In this document: positions 52,821-64,000 of the stretch, in pieces | Layout of the letters: every line of letters starts with the position of its first letter | Numbering within the stretch: position 1 is the stretch's first letter | Origin: Raillietiella orientalis | Lineage: Eukaryota | DNA length: 64,000 nt | Direction: 5' to 3' | Assembly: GCA_036172245.1 (NCBI GenBank) | Contig: JAYWIR010000002.1 | Span: 3,348,001 to 3,412,000, forward strand | Notes under the pieces: generated by a model | What the model was told of the DNA's origin: nothing | The model's input: only the letters and a program-made list of their open reading frames with translations | Database searches by the model: none | Program-made: the position numbers and the translations under genes

Positions 52821-53649
52821 CATTTAGGACTGTTCGGGATTTCGAACCAGACCCGTTACGGAGAGCACTGAGGAAGGCGAGAACGTCGTTCCACGTGCCC
52901 GAGTACTCCCGAAACTCCAAATTTTTCGCATCCGGGGCCTCGCACGTACTTGGAAGCGTGTTCTCGTGTTTTACGGTACGCGGCTGCTTTCGTGGCTGAC
53001 CTCTCCTCGTTGTTGAGGCTGAAGAGCTTTCTCTGGTCGCACCGAGAAAACATTCCCTTCGAGGGGACCGGATCTTCGTAGCTACATCCAAGGAACACTT
53101 TTGGATGAAAGTGAGATGTTCCGCGAGTGTCGCATCAAGAAAAGAGAAGGAAATGCGGAGGAGCGGGAGGGAGCGAGGCGGCAAAACACGTTCGGAGTGA
53201 ATGCGTGTTTGCATCGGCATGTGCGTGGTTCTTCAAATCTGCCACATGTCACTTTCCCTGTTTTACTGTGGGCAGGAAAGGTGCCCAGCAATGACTCCAG
53301 CTGACCGCAGAGGCTTCGACGATTCAGGTCGCGTGCTGGAGAAGTCGGACCGTCAGTTTTCGTGCGTGAAAGAAATACGCAAAGGATTTTTTGAAGAGGC
53401 TGGTGAATAGGAAAAGTGAAGAGGATGCTTAGTATGCGATCACAGCGATTGATTGAAGGATTCCGATTCGCGAAAGTGGATTGATATGTGGTGCTGATGC
53501 AGTAGCTGCTACTAGTTGGTCACATCTGCTGCATCCCCTCGTACGACTGCAGTCTAATGGTTTTATGGTCCTTTACTTCCAGTATTCGTGTGTCACATGG
53601 ACGAAAAGCACTATGAGAGGTCCTTGGTAATCTTTTGCTGTAAACTGGA

Positions 53650-54400
53650 ACGGCACACGTTTCTGTGGACCGATCCAGGACTTGGGGGAAGTTTCCTATT
53701 TGCGCCTTCCCCTACTCACAAGACATCATGAGCTTGAAATGGAGCCATAGTACTTCGGTAAATTCTTGTGTGGATAGGAGAAGGCAGGCTCAAGATCTTC
53801 TTCATCTTTGGTTGCAGAAGCACTCACCTCAAGCAAGCATCCTGCACGAAACGTTAGATTTCAGGAACTCTCGAACTGCATCCATGGACTCGCAAAATTC
53901 AAGCTGAACGTTCCCCCTTTGTGACGTTTGCCTACCAAGAGACCTTCATTCAATACTTGCTTGTAAGATCTACTGATGCTGCAGGATGATTTGTTGCTGC
54001 TCTAGTCAAAGTAAAAATATTAAAGGGAGCCGATTTCGTCCTGCTCAGCCAAAGTCGATCGACTGTAGAACACTTATCGTTCCGAAAGATGTTTTCATGA
54101 AGGCTACTGGAAAGTAGCAAAAACTGCCACTGGTACAGATGCGACCCGACGAACAGGCACCCCTCACATTTAAGTACGCGGCATAAAAACTCATTTCGCT
54201 CACGCTGTACGCCTTGGTGATCTTCCAGCAAGATCCTCTCTCTCCAGCATAGCGCAAAACCACTCCGGAAGTTGCATGTTCTTGCTTGGATGGTGTAAAC
54301 AAATAGAGTAATTTTAGAGTTTTCTGTCTGCATCCCTGGTCGAATCCAGAAAACGAGCCAAACCAGCTTTCTTAGGGTGGTCTTCGGCTCAACAAGAGCA
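53650..54400 (-). mobile_element. RT core remnant in TRMO intron 2
   Basis: TCNFRSG (cf. Q.GFR.G), FYAAYLNVRGA (cf. .Y.AF.D.KAFD), KSAPFNI. Confidence 0.4.
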
Positions 54401-55883
54401 GGATGGCGTGATGGAATGATGGATTAAGCAGGGATTCTCCAAACATTTCTTACGGCCAGTTCTCGGGGGAAAAAAATAAAAATCTGCAAGAGGATCCATG
54501 CAAGGATTAGCACTCTCCGTTGCTGAGACCCGCCGTGGTGAACGCGATGTAGACAGCCGAGTAGCTCAAGACATTGGAATATCAAAATGCAATGCTGTTG
54601 TAGTAAGAAAGCTTTCAGGGAGTGAAAACCGTAGTGCTAATGCAAGTATGACGTTGTTGTTGGTCAGTTAGATCAAGATTAAAATAAGAAATGAAGCATG
54701 ATGAAAGCTGGACCAGCGCTCTACGAATCCAATCCATCACCCGCAATGAGGAGGGTTTCCAGTTCGAAGAGTGATTCCTGGTGAAATTGCCACTGTAACT
54801 AATGATCCGTTCGGATCACGTGACTTGGAAATGACGGGAATAATAGCGTGAATTCATTAATTTTGTAGCTCAGGAAAATGTGCTCACTTGAACCTGCTGT
54901 CCTTGAGATCACTTCCACCTTGGAAGCGCTCTCTTTCGTCCGCAGCCATCGCTGAATAGGGCGTAATTTGGGAAGCATGCGGCTGGCTGTCCGCACGGGG
55001 AATTCTGCTCAAGACGGGGGGTCCTCGCGATGACAGTGGACCAGAGGCTGAAAATTTCGTAAACATCAGAAGTGATGAGCATTCCCGCTCATCACTTCTG
55101 ACGGAATAATTTGCATCATCCGAGCGCCGCACAATTAATGTTTTCATGCGGGAGTCATTGCTCCAGGCCGCAAGTGACGCAGGGGCGTTTGATTTCTATC
55201 CAAGTATTCCTCCGCTAATGTTTCGCAACCAAACGAACTTTCTGGAAGTCGTTTCTGATTCCAATGGGAGTTGTCTTTTTCTTTTTCTTTTCTTTTTTTG
55301 CCTACTTTGAAAATCCTTCCGCGACCCAATCTGCCCTTCTGATTGTTTGGCGTTGTTCGGCCCCATCGCACGTCCAGCACGGCCACTGATAGCATGGGAG
55401 CACTCATTTTGTCCTCACGCATTCCTGCCAAAACTGCCAGAATCATGAATAAGTAAGCGAGCTCGGTGCGATCGATGAGTCTCGTGGCAATCCCAAGATG
55501 AACGGAAACTTCGGAGATTTCCCCGCGTTCCCCAAAGCGGACGCAGATTTCCCGTGACAGTCATCTCTCTCCGCGGAAAAGAAACCCATTTTGCGTTGCA
55601 CTCCCGCGCGAACCGTCAGTGACAGAGGCGAATGACGATTGGAACCTTGAGCCGCGAAAGAGCTGGAACACTGGTTAAACACATCTCAGACGGGAATTTC
55701 ACATACCGCGGAAGATGTGTGCGTGCGAACGCTCGTCACACCTGTTGGTCCAGAAGAATCTTCCGGCTTGCGATGCACTCGATGAATCTCCTATCTCCTC
55801 AGCGACTTCCCATTGGCGTTTTGCGCACCGATGTCGCAACCACATTAGGAAACATCCATCTCCGTGGCATGTTGGTATTTCAG

Positions 55884-56128
55884 GTCCGCAGTTGTTTGTT
55901 TCCGGAGTGGACATCCTAGATGATTCTCCCATCATCGATATCAAACCCTACATTCCGAAATACGATTCGCCTCTTGATTTGAACTTTGGATGTCCATCGA
56001 TGTTGCCAAAAAAGGGCAGCCGTAGAAACCGGGTCGAAGGAGGAGAAACCGACCCTTTCTCAGAAGAAAAAAGCAATTCTTCTCCCACGCACATGAACAG
56101 GAAGCTTGATCAAAGATTGGTTTCGGAG
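55884..56128 (+). CDS. TRMO: TRMO coding exon 3
   Basis: Acceptor atttcag|GT. (G)PQLFVSGVDILDDSPIIDIKPYIPKYDSP followed by a low-complexity linker to ...QRLVSE. Donor GAG|GTAAGG. Confidence 0.9.
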
Positions 56129-57849
56129 GTAAGGTGGTCGGTCAGTCTTGAATGTTCCATAATATCGCAGTCACCGAGGCTTGCAGTCGATTCCATTTTT
56201 CATTTGATTACTCTTTTTGAGTTTGGCTCTTTCAGTGTCGTGACATTCGATTAGCGAGCAACCTTGAGGATCGCAGGGAGGCTTTTCTCCTCGTGTTCCC
56301 AAGTTGCTCGCTTACATGGAGACGCAGCCTTGTCTTGGAAATCCATCGCAACGTACAATAGGTGCTCTTGTTTGGGAGGAGCCGGAGGTGTCAACCTTGG
56401 GAACGCCCTGCGACCCCCAAGGTTGATACCTTCCATAACTCCAACTGCTCATTTCAGCCTCGCTACAAGTAGAATTGACCGTTTCTGGGAAGGTGTAAGC
56501 AGAAGCTTCCGGAATGTTTCTTATGCCTCTCCTTTGCTCTCTCTTCTGGCTTCTTGCAGTATGCGCCAGTGACTTCTTCATGCAGTGCGTTCAGCACGAA
56601 AGAGGACAGTTTGTGTCACGCCAGTTGGAGACTTTATCGTATTGTCATGAGCAAGGGCTACTGCCAAGTCGGGAATACGGAAGAGACGGGTGGAGACGAA
56701 CGCGGAATGTGAAGGGGAGTTGCCTCATCCAGAACTGTTTGGTTTGCAGACGCGTTGCTACCGGGCGCACAGAAAGCGCGGCAACGGGCGTAGTGACCAG
56801 GGAACATGATCTTAGACAAAGGTGTTCCAAAAAAGTTTTTGAAGGAAACCTGCAGTCCGAAGTGAGCTTGTAAGTCTTTCTCGCTCTTCCGTCATGGCGG
56901 ACGCCCTCTATGCTTATGCATACTTCTGTCATCCACCTCGCAGCGCTACGAAGAGGGAAAGAAGAAAGAAACCTTCAACCCGAAAATGGAAGAAGAAGTT
57001 TGGGGAAGCTTGCGACAGGCTTGTGACAAGTATTCGCTATCGCCTCAGGGAGCTTCCAGTGAATGAAGCAAGATTAGAGGCCTGCTGGTAAACGGTTTGC
57101 GGGAGGCAAGATGCCTTTGAGCCATCCAGGAACTGGCTTGCATCCGGGAGGATCTCTGCCGCTTAGCAGGGAGTGAATGGAGGCGGTCGGCTGGGACTCG
57201 AGTTTCCCTCGCAGCCTCCGGCAGTGAACGCGATGCGCCCAAAGGCTTTCCTCACACTGGGAACCGTACGCGAAGGTCGGACGCATGCCTCCTCGCGGAA
57301 CGGTCCTTAAGAAGGCCACTCCAGGCACAGTGCGGGCCATGGCGCAGCGTTCCTCATCCCCGGCTATTCTCGCCTGCATCGAACTGACTTGGATGTGTGT
57401 GCAAGGAAATTCTCCGTTGCTGCTGCTGTACTCTGGACTGTGGAGGGAAAGGTCCAGTTTGCCTGCTCCATTTCTCCAGTGGACGCGATTCAGCAAACAA
57501 GGACCGAACGCTGGGAAATTTCGTACAGGAACCATGAGAGCTAAGTTGTATCGGTGCGGCTTCGCATTCCGCCACAAGGAACCACAGCGTTTTCTGGACA
57601 CCTCCGGCTCCCCCCAAACAAGGGCATTTTTTGCACGTTGCGATGGATTCCCAAGAACCCAGGTGCACCCAGGGGAATGGAAGAGCTGTCCCCACGTCGC
57701 AGCCCCGAGTGCGCTAGTGTGAGATGGCCTGAGGAAACGCTGAAAAGTCCGTCGCCTCGCAAGTCATGCGTCGCCCGATCAGCTCATGTATTACGTATGC
57801 GGTCGGATGCTTACCTCCCGCAGGGTTGAAAGGAAACTAATGAAGCGCA

Positions 57850-58400
57850 GCGAGGCGGCTCTCGCAACAATCAGATCCAAAATCATTAATAATCATGGAA
57901 CATCAGGAACTTGGGGTCGCTCGTTGCTGCTTAACTTAAGCACGGAGCATTCCGCTAGGTGCTACGAGACTGCTGACTCGTTAAGAAGTGGCTGTGACTG
58001 CGTGCGAGGGAGGTTGACTCGCTCTTCCTCTTGCTTAGGCGATGATTGCATCTTCCTGATGCCTGAGAAGCGGGCGTGCTGGAGAATCCCGCATACAGCC
58101 TCCATGGAACCTTGGGAGAATGCTGTCCACGACATCGCGACTTCGGATTGTGCCAACGATGCTCATATATAATGTGCAGCACACGTAACGCGGATCGTAA
58201 GAGTCGGCATTCGTGATCAGCTGGTACTTTCAGCATTGAATCCATTGATCGGAAGAGGAGATACCTCGCCAGAGCACGAGTTCGGCGTTAGCGATTTCGT
58301 GCTGAATGAAAATGTCAACTTCTGACGATCGATGGACCAAAGAATGTTGGAAAGTATTCTTGGGCGAAATCGGGATCGCTCTCTTGGATGTGTTGTTGAA
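57850..58400 (+). mobile_element. RT remnant in TRMO intron 3
   Basis: TWGRSLLLNL (cf. NWRPISLLN), CVRGR, MPEKRACWRIPH (cf. D.EKAFDRI.H). Confidence 0.4.
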
Positions 58401-59496
58401 AACTGATGGGATCAGAAAGCAGCACTCGGGACGTCAGCACGGCACTGCAATAAGTTGCTGCTCCGGTAGATTGTCCTTTGGAAACTCCTCCTGCGTGGAA
58501 GAATCTCAACACATCTGTATTGCGATTCTTCCTTCTTAAGGAACCTGCCCAAGAATCGCTTCTCTGCCTTTTGGCCAGAATCAAAGTGCAGAAGGTTCGA
58601 GGTTCTTGTCTGAGAGCATTCTGTCTTGAAACAGCACTGAGAATCCTGACCTCAAACCATTTGGAAAGCAAAAGCATGGAATTCTGGGAAGCGTCTCACA
58701 TCGAAATCCAAAGAGCTGGAAGTGCTGGTCTTCTATCAGAGGACCAAACATGTGTATAAATGATCTATTTATAAATTTCACGTATAGGATTATAAAAAAT
58801 CCACCTGAGGTTGTAAGAGGAAAGCGCACCCGGCAGCCTCGGGGAGTGTGGCAAAGGAATTGCACCCCAGACATTTATTAGCTTATGTTTCTGGAAATAC
58901 TTTGGGGTTTCGTTTACGTGGTCACTGCTGTTGTTTACTTTTTATGTCTCCCACAAGCAAGCATAGGTAATGGAAGTTTGCCAAGTTTTTTCTCTTGCCA
59001 CCGAACACGAACTTGGTTCGTATTCGGGAGCAAGAGAACACCATGTTTTTCCCATAAGACTCTTCTTGCTAAAGATGGCCGAGCGGAGTCTTTTATCTGC
59101 TTCGGAGTTCTACTTCAAGCGAGGAACTCGCGGATGTCCTCGCGGCTCGGTAGATGGCTTCGCCGGATGTCTTTCGCTGAACTCCCCAGGCAATGGTTGC
59201 AGACCACGCATCGCAATGTGGACACGAAAAAAAAAAAAAGCATTGGAAGATAAAGTGCTCTCTGATATGGAAGCTTCTCTAGTCTCCGCAGCAGAGCGTG
59301 CGGAGAATGGAATCCTCCAGGGAACAACGGACTCCCCGAACACGGCTCAGACCACGGTGTAATCCGATCTGTGGCTCGCACTGAATTTTCGTATCGCGCG
59401 AAGAACAGATGCAGGATTGCGCACTATGTGGGAAACGTTCCTTGCATTCTTGATCCACGTGGCTAAGAATGTGCGTACCACAAGCGTGGGCGAGGT

Positions 59497-59670
59497 TCAA
59501 GTGTTTCAAGTGGTCGGCGTCGAGGAATGATCCGGAACATTCGCCGCATATCTCCTCCTCCTCCTTTAACTCCAGAAAAGTACCAATAACAGAAGGCTCC
59601 TGAACTTTTTGCCCACGATCGTTGCTCTCGGATTTCGGGGAGGTTCTCTCACGACGAAAGAGGTGCAGGG
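59497..59670. repeat. diverged direct repeat of 60520-60695 (LINE-derived)
   Basis: Shared ggaacattc...ctccagaaa...tttttgcccacgat.gttgc...ggatttcggg.aggttctct. Confidence 0.75.
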
Positions 59671-60010
59671 GTGCAGCAGCCCATGTGAGAAACGTTCCTT
59701 GCGTTCTTGATCTGCGGAACTAAGAATGTGCTTACCACAAGCGTGGGTAGCCTACTCACCTCCGGAACTGTCTGTCAACTGCAAGTGTTGCCACAGCTTT
59801 CGAGGGCATTGCAGTGACGTACATTGTCCTCTTACGAGGGGGAAGACCGCTCCGCGGGTTCGGCGACGGAAGCGCAGTGACCACTGTGACAATGACGTCT
59901 TTGGGGGGAAAGGAGTGATGACAGCTCAAATGGGCAGGGTCAGCGATTTTGTGTGTGTGTATATATATGTAAATATATATATATGTATATCTTTCTTCCC
60001 AACAAACCAG

Positions 60011-60304
60011 ATGAGGGTTCCCGAATGGGTGAAGTGCACGCAAGTGCTGGAGGTGAGGTTCACCGACCGTGCCCGGTTGCAGTTCGAGGAATGTACAGCA
60101 GGCTTGCGAAACGAGCACTTCCAGACGTCCGAGAACCTCGAGAGCACGGTGCGCCGCCTTCTGGAGGCTGACCCCCGTTCCGAGTACAGACGATCGCACT
60201 GCACCGACCGTCTGTACTACTTTTTCCTGGACCACTTTCATTTCACGGTGTGGTTCGACGACTGCGTGGCTGAAATCCTGAAAGTGAAGAAAATCGAAAT
60301 CTGA
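60011..60304 (+). CDS. TRMO: TRMO terminal coding exon
   Basis: Acceptor ...aaaccag|ATG. MRVPEWV...LEVRFT...LLEADPRSEYRRSHCTDRLYYFFLDHFHFTVWFDDCVAEILKVKKIEI*, matching the metazoan TRMO C-terminal domain pattern. Confidence 0.92.
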   Translation: MRVPEWVKCTQVLEVRFTDRARLQFEECTAGLRNEHFQTSENLESTVRRLLEADPRSEYRRSHCTDRLYYFFLDHFHFTVWFDDCVAEILKVKKIEI

Positions 60305-60519
60305 CCGCGCATACCGAGAAGTCCGACCGTCACTGGGATTCATCGGGAGCTGCCTGGATCTTCTCCCCGTTACCTCCCTCGACATGAACCTTTGGTCCCT
60401 CGGAATTTCGACTGCTTCGGCATCTCCTCCGTGTCTCAGCATTCATCCACAGGTTGCCGTACGTGACCCCATTTCAAGCGTGAGCGCCGAGCGACCTGCA
60501 CTTCTTGCGATCGAGTGGA

Positions 60520-61000
60520 AACCAAGTGTTCAAGGTGGTGGATGTCAAAGAATGGTCTGGAACATTCACTGCATGTTTCCTTTTCCTTTAGCTCCAGAAA
60601 GCTATTCGTAATAAAAGGTTCCTGGGCTTTTTGCCCACGATGGTTGCCCTTGGATTTCGGGAAGGTTCTCTTCCCATAGCTGCCTTACGAGGTGTTTCAG
60701 CGTCAAAAAGACACTCCCCCACATTTCTCTTCACAGGCTTCATTGGAGCTCCTGCAAGAGGTGCTACCAGTCTGGAATCATCAGATGGATCGAGGCCTCT
60801 TGTGGCACGAATCTCCCAACAGTCGACTAATCCGTATTTTGAGTCTTTTATGGAGGCAGCTTCTTCGTCGTTCATGAGAATGGAAGAAAGGAGGGCCACC
60901 TCGAGAATTTCAGCATTTCTCAGCTCTTGTTTTCTCAGCTCTTGTTTCTTAGCGACTAGCGTTCGGCATCTGATCGATGCGGATTCCGGTCCTGGTGAAG
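60520..61000 (-). mobile_element. LINE ORF2 linker remnant downstream of TRMO
   Basis: LLSSILMNDEE...VDCWE resembles the post-APE linker; its left part repeats 59497-59670. Confidence 0.4.
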
Positions 61001-61549
61001 CAGAAGCGTGTAACGCGCCTCCGGGGCACCGACAAGTTGAGCCAGGGCATCGGACAGCAACGGCTCCAGGACCAGCTGAACTCTCCATCTGCAATGGTGC
61101 CAAGGAGAGCTATCGCGCTAGTCAGGAACGGGGCTGCACGTACCTCCCTGGAAACGTTCGTTGCTTAGGAAGACCGCAGGGTGTCCCCATTCGTAAGTGC
61201 TCAGCTCATCTTAGCAAGCATACGCAGACCCCAGCAGAATGAAGAATGCACTTCTGCGGAACAAGAACGCCATCTGAGGGCATCACCACCGTCGTAAGCA
61301 GTGCGAGCATTCACCGCAGCAAGCAGAAGTTCGGCGATGCCCGAAAGGACATGGCAGCTGTCTAAAAAACTCCAGTCGGAATGGCTGACTGCAGCAGCCG
61401 CAGCAAATCATTATCAAAACTGGGAAACTTCTGAGGCGAACCGAACGAGCTGCCCTCCCGTGCCTATTTCGAGGCGCTTCGAACGGTATCGAGCCCACCT
61501 CCGGTCTACTTGCCCACTCCTAAGGCCTCGAGCGGGGGAAAGACGAATG

Positions 61550-61950
61550 CTATGTGGAAAAGACGAAATCAGCCACGAGGAAAATGATAACTGCCCTGGA
61601 AGCGGCTATCGTTTTCATCGTGGCTGATTTCCTCGCCGCCCGGTGGAGGTCAGCATCTACCCGGAACACAGAAGCGAAGTGGCTGACCAGTGTCGAAGCC
61701 AATCGCCTCCTACTCCTGGAGGCAAACGCGATTCCCTTACCTGAGCAGGCACGTGTATTGTCCGCGCATCGGATGCCGGACGACGTCAGCTTTGCCCAAC
61801 CAGCCATCGACTTCGCTGCTGGGCCGGCAACCACCTGTTGCCGATGTGGGGAAGGGAAAGATCGCCACACTCCCTTCGGAATATCGGGAAGACCGGGTCC
61901 TCCAAGCCAAATTCTACTGCGACAGCGTGGAAACATCCCTTAAGGAAGAG
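61550..61950 (+). mobile_element. zf-RVT remnant
   Basis: LLLLEANAIPL...TTCCRCGEGKDRH. Confidence 0.4.
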
Positions 61951-63279
61951 CGCTTCACAATCAACATCAACGGACCGGAGATGAACAGCATCCAGGAGGA
62001 GTAAGGTCTTCGGCCAGTCCAACGCTGATCGTTGCGCACGCGGTGGTGATGTCCACATGGATCGAGGCGGCCTCAGAAAGACTGGAAGGTGGATGCAACG
62101 AGAATCGCGCCCTTGGTCAGGGCAGGCACTCTCATGTTCTTGGTGAGGGATGAGCGTGCGCGCTCGGATATCGCGAACTCGATGAAGGAAGGACCGGACC
62201 AGAAAACCAATGCTCAGAAGCTGGAACTTTCCTGGACACCGCCTCTTCGATGGAGAAGGAATGCCGAGTGGTTATCACAATGAAGCACCCTGGGATTTGA
62301 TGGGAATTTGGAGACGTCTCTGTGCCGATAGCATCTTGGAAAGGATCGTGGGGAAGTGACCACGTACAGCCGGTTCGGACTTCTCGAAAGAAAAAGGTCG
62401 AATTGGAGGGCAGCGTGCGGCTTTTCAGGTTCTGTGGAGAAAGGCCAACCCATATCCATATGCCCACCCATCAGTCGCTGACCCAGGACTGGAAAAGGTC
62501 GAGGATGATGATGGGCTTGCAGGAGAATGCCAGAACAGGGAACCCTGGGTGGACTCTTTGAAGTAAAAGGGGTCGTTCTCTTACAACCCTGTAGTGCGAA
62601 TCGCTACAGCCTTCTCCATCACGAGCGCCGCGACAAGAAGGCTGAAAATCCAGCAGGGGGAAGCTGGAGCGATCGCGGAAATCCCAGCAGGTCTGCTAAG
62701 GAGAGAATCGGGAATTTGCAGGGACCCAAGCACAAACCACAAAAGAATCCTTGCTTGGACTTATCCTTACACTCAGCGATAGGCACTGGGGACGAAGTCC
62801 AGGTGTTTTGCGTCACCATGTGAGCTGGAAGCGGCGGCTGCTATGCGCAGACGGCCAAAAGAGCAGGCATTGCATATGCGTGGAAGTAACTCGCTGCTCT
62901 GCTTTCCGTGGTCCCGTGTTGAGCTACGGCAGAAGAGAACATGTCACCTTTTCTCTGTCTGTTGGACTGGAGAGACAAGAAACGAAAAATTGCGAATTCG
63001 GCGGTGCGGGGACACCCTGCAAACCATCTGAAGATTGAATGGCTCTCTGCGAAGGGTTCTCGACGGCATCTTCCGAGCAAAGGGTGGTACCTGGCGTTGA
63101 GTTCTGAAAGGGAATCTTGGAAGCCTGCTGGGGCCGCATGTCGACCCGTGGTCCGTCCCTCCGCTGCTGCAGCGGCGCGTTCCCTTGCGAGCAGAGGCAA
63201 GCAGGGGGAAACGAATGGGAGCGAACTATTTCACTGCGGAGGTCGTTTTGCTGACCGCAGTTTGTTTGCGATTTGGGCA

Positions 63280-63560
63280 GCAAGGAGTCTGTACTGCGAG
63301 AGTAGAGGCGTTCCCACCTGATGTTCCCAAGCTGCTTGCAGCCGCGGCACTCGATCTTCGGGCTCCTCCTCTCGAGATGTCCCTCTTCGTCGCACTCGCT
63401 GCAGGCGGAGCAGAATGAAGCGGATGATTGGGAAGAGTCCGGCACGGTCTTCAAGGGCATTCCGGTGCAGGTGCTCCAAGTTGCGGCACGGTCCCAAGCA
63501 GCTATCTCCCGACTCTCACTGGTAGACGAGGATCACGTGAGACCACGCGAGGAGGAAATT
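63280..63560 (-). mobile_element. LINE ORF1 tandem zinc knuckles
   Basis: CRNLEHLHRN; CSECDEEGHLERRSPKIECRGCKQLG (CxxCxxxGH repeats). Confidence 0.55.
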
Positions 63561-64000
63561 TTTGCCCCCGTCCCCTGGAAAACGGGCATCCGATTACATC
63601 CTGACCTGTGTGGAGGCTCCTAGCAATCGACCGGAATGACCAACGGAACGAGAGCATCCGAAGAGAAAGACGTGCTTGGGATCTCCTCGTAAGCAGCCAC
63701 GGGTGGGGGGCACGGAAGATCCCCATCTTCGAGCGAGGCTGCGCCTGTCTGCCCAACTGCTGAAAAGCGCCAGGGAAGAGCGCCTTGCTGACGGTCCTCA
63801 TTCGCCTCAAACTCGGCCACCAGAAGCTGCGTCCTACGCCTCGAGGGAGGTCGGTTCTGGCCTTAGGGCAATCATTTATTCGTGGGTGCGCGAAAACTCA
63901 GACGCAGGACCCTCTTATTCAGTTTCACCAAAATGAGATGAGGATTGCTTCACCAGACACACGGCGCCACCTGGAGCCGGCCCATCGGCTGCTCTCGCAA

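Larger units (their letters stand above)
44409..60304 (+). other. TRMO: TRMO (TsaA/TrmO family tRNA (adenine(37)-N6)-methyltransferase) gene span, 4 coding exons
   Basis: join(44409..44602,50756..50916,55884..56128,60011..60304) = 894 nt = 297 aa + stop. All introns are GT..AG with phases 2/1/0. The translation carries the TsaA motifs TPRQ, GLEGFSHVW.LFVFH, PPRL.G.R.G.FSTR.P.RPNPIGLS, GVD..D.SPIIDIKPY and the metazoan C-terminal ADPRS.YRR motif. Confidence 0.93.

Noticed and set aside
56330-57656. 60-bp inverted pair (56330-56392 / 57597-57656) as TIRs
   Set aside because: These appear to be internal LINE fragments of moderate identity, with no TSD.
59432-59747. ~60-bp direct repeat (59432-59490 / 59689-59747) as LTRs or a regulatory element
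   Set aside because: Short and diverged, embedded in LINE remnants, with no TG..CA termini or PBS.

Overview
This is eukaryotic, animal-type genomic DNA. The only intact host gene I can support is a spliced TRMO/TsaA-family tRNA (m6t6A37) methyltransferase on the + strand. It has four coding exons (44409-44602, 50756-50916, 55884-56128, 60011-60304), GT-AG introns with compatible phases, and encodes 297 aa. Most of the rest is a nested patchwork of frameshifted non-LTR retrotransposon remnants: mainly L1/Tx1-like ORF1 zinc-knuckle, APE, RT and zf-RVT pieces, plus some RTE-like ones. The most interesting structure is a ~0.7 kb tRNA-headed SINE-like element carrying an internal ~39-40 bp cUUCGg hairpin array. 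Two copies of it are interrupted at the same nucleotide by the 3' end of one Tx1-like LINE subfamily (one with a 12-bp target-site duplication), and two other copies show the empty site. This suggests a LINE that targets a SINE sequence-specifically. All five related LINE 3' ends finish in a conserved stem-loop, four of them directly after AATAAA. TE boundaries and family calls come from eyeballed motifs and are approximate. I found no rRNA, CRISPR array or functional tRNA.
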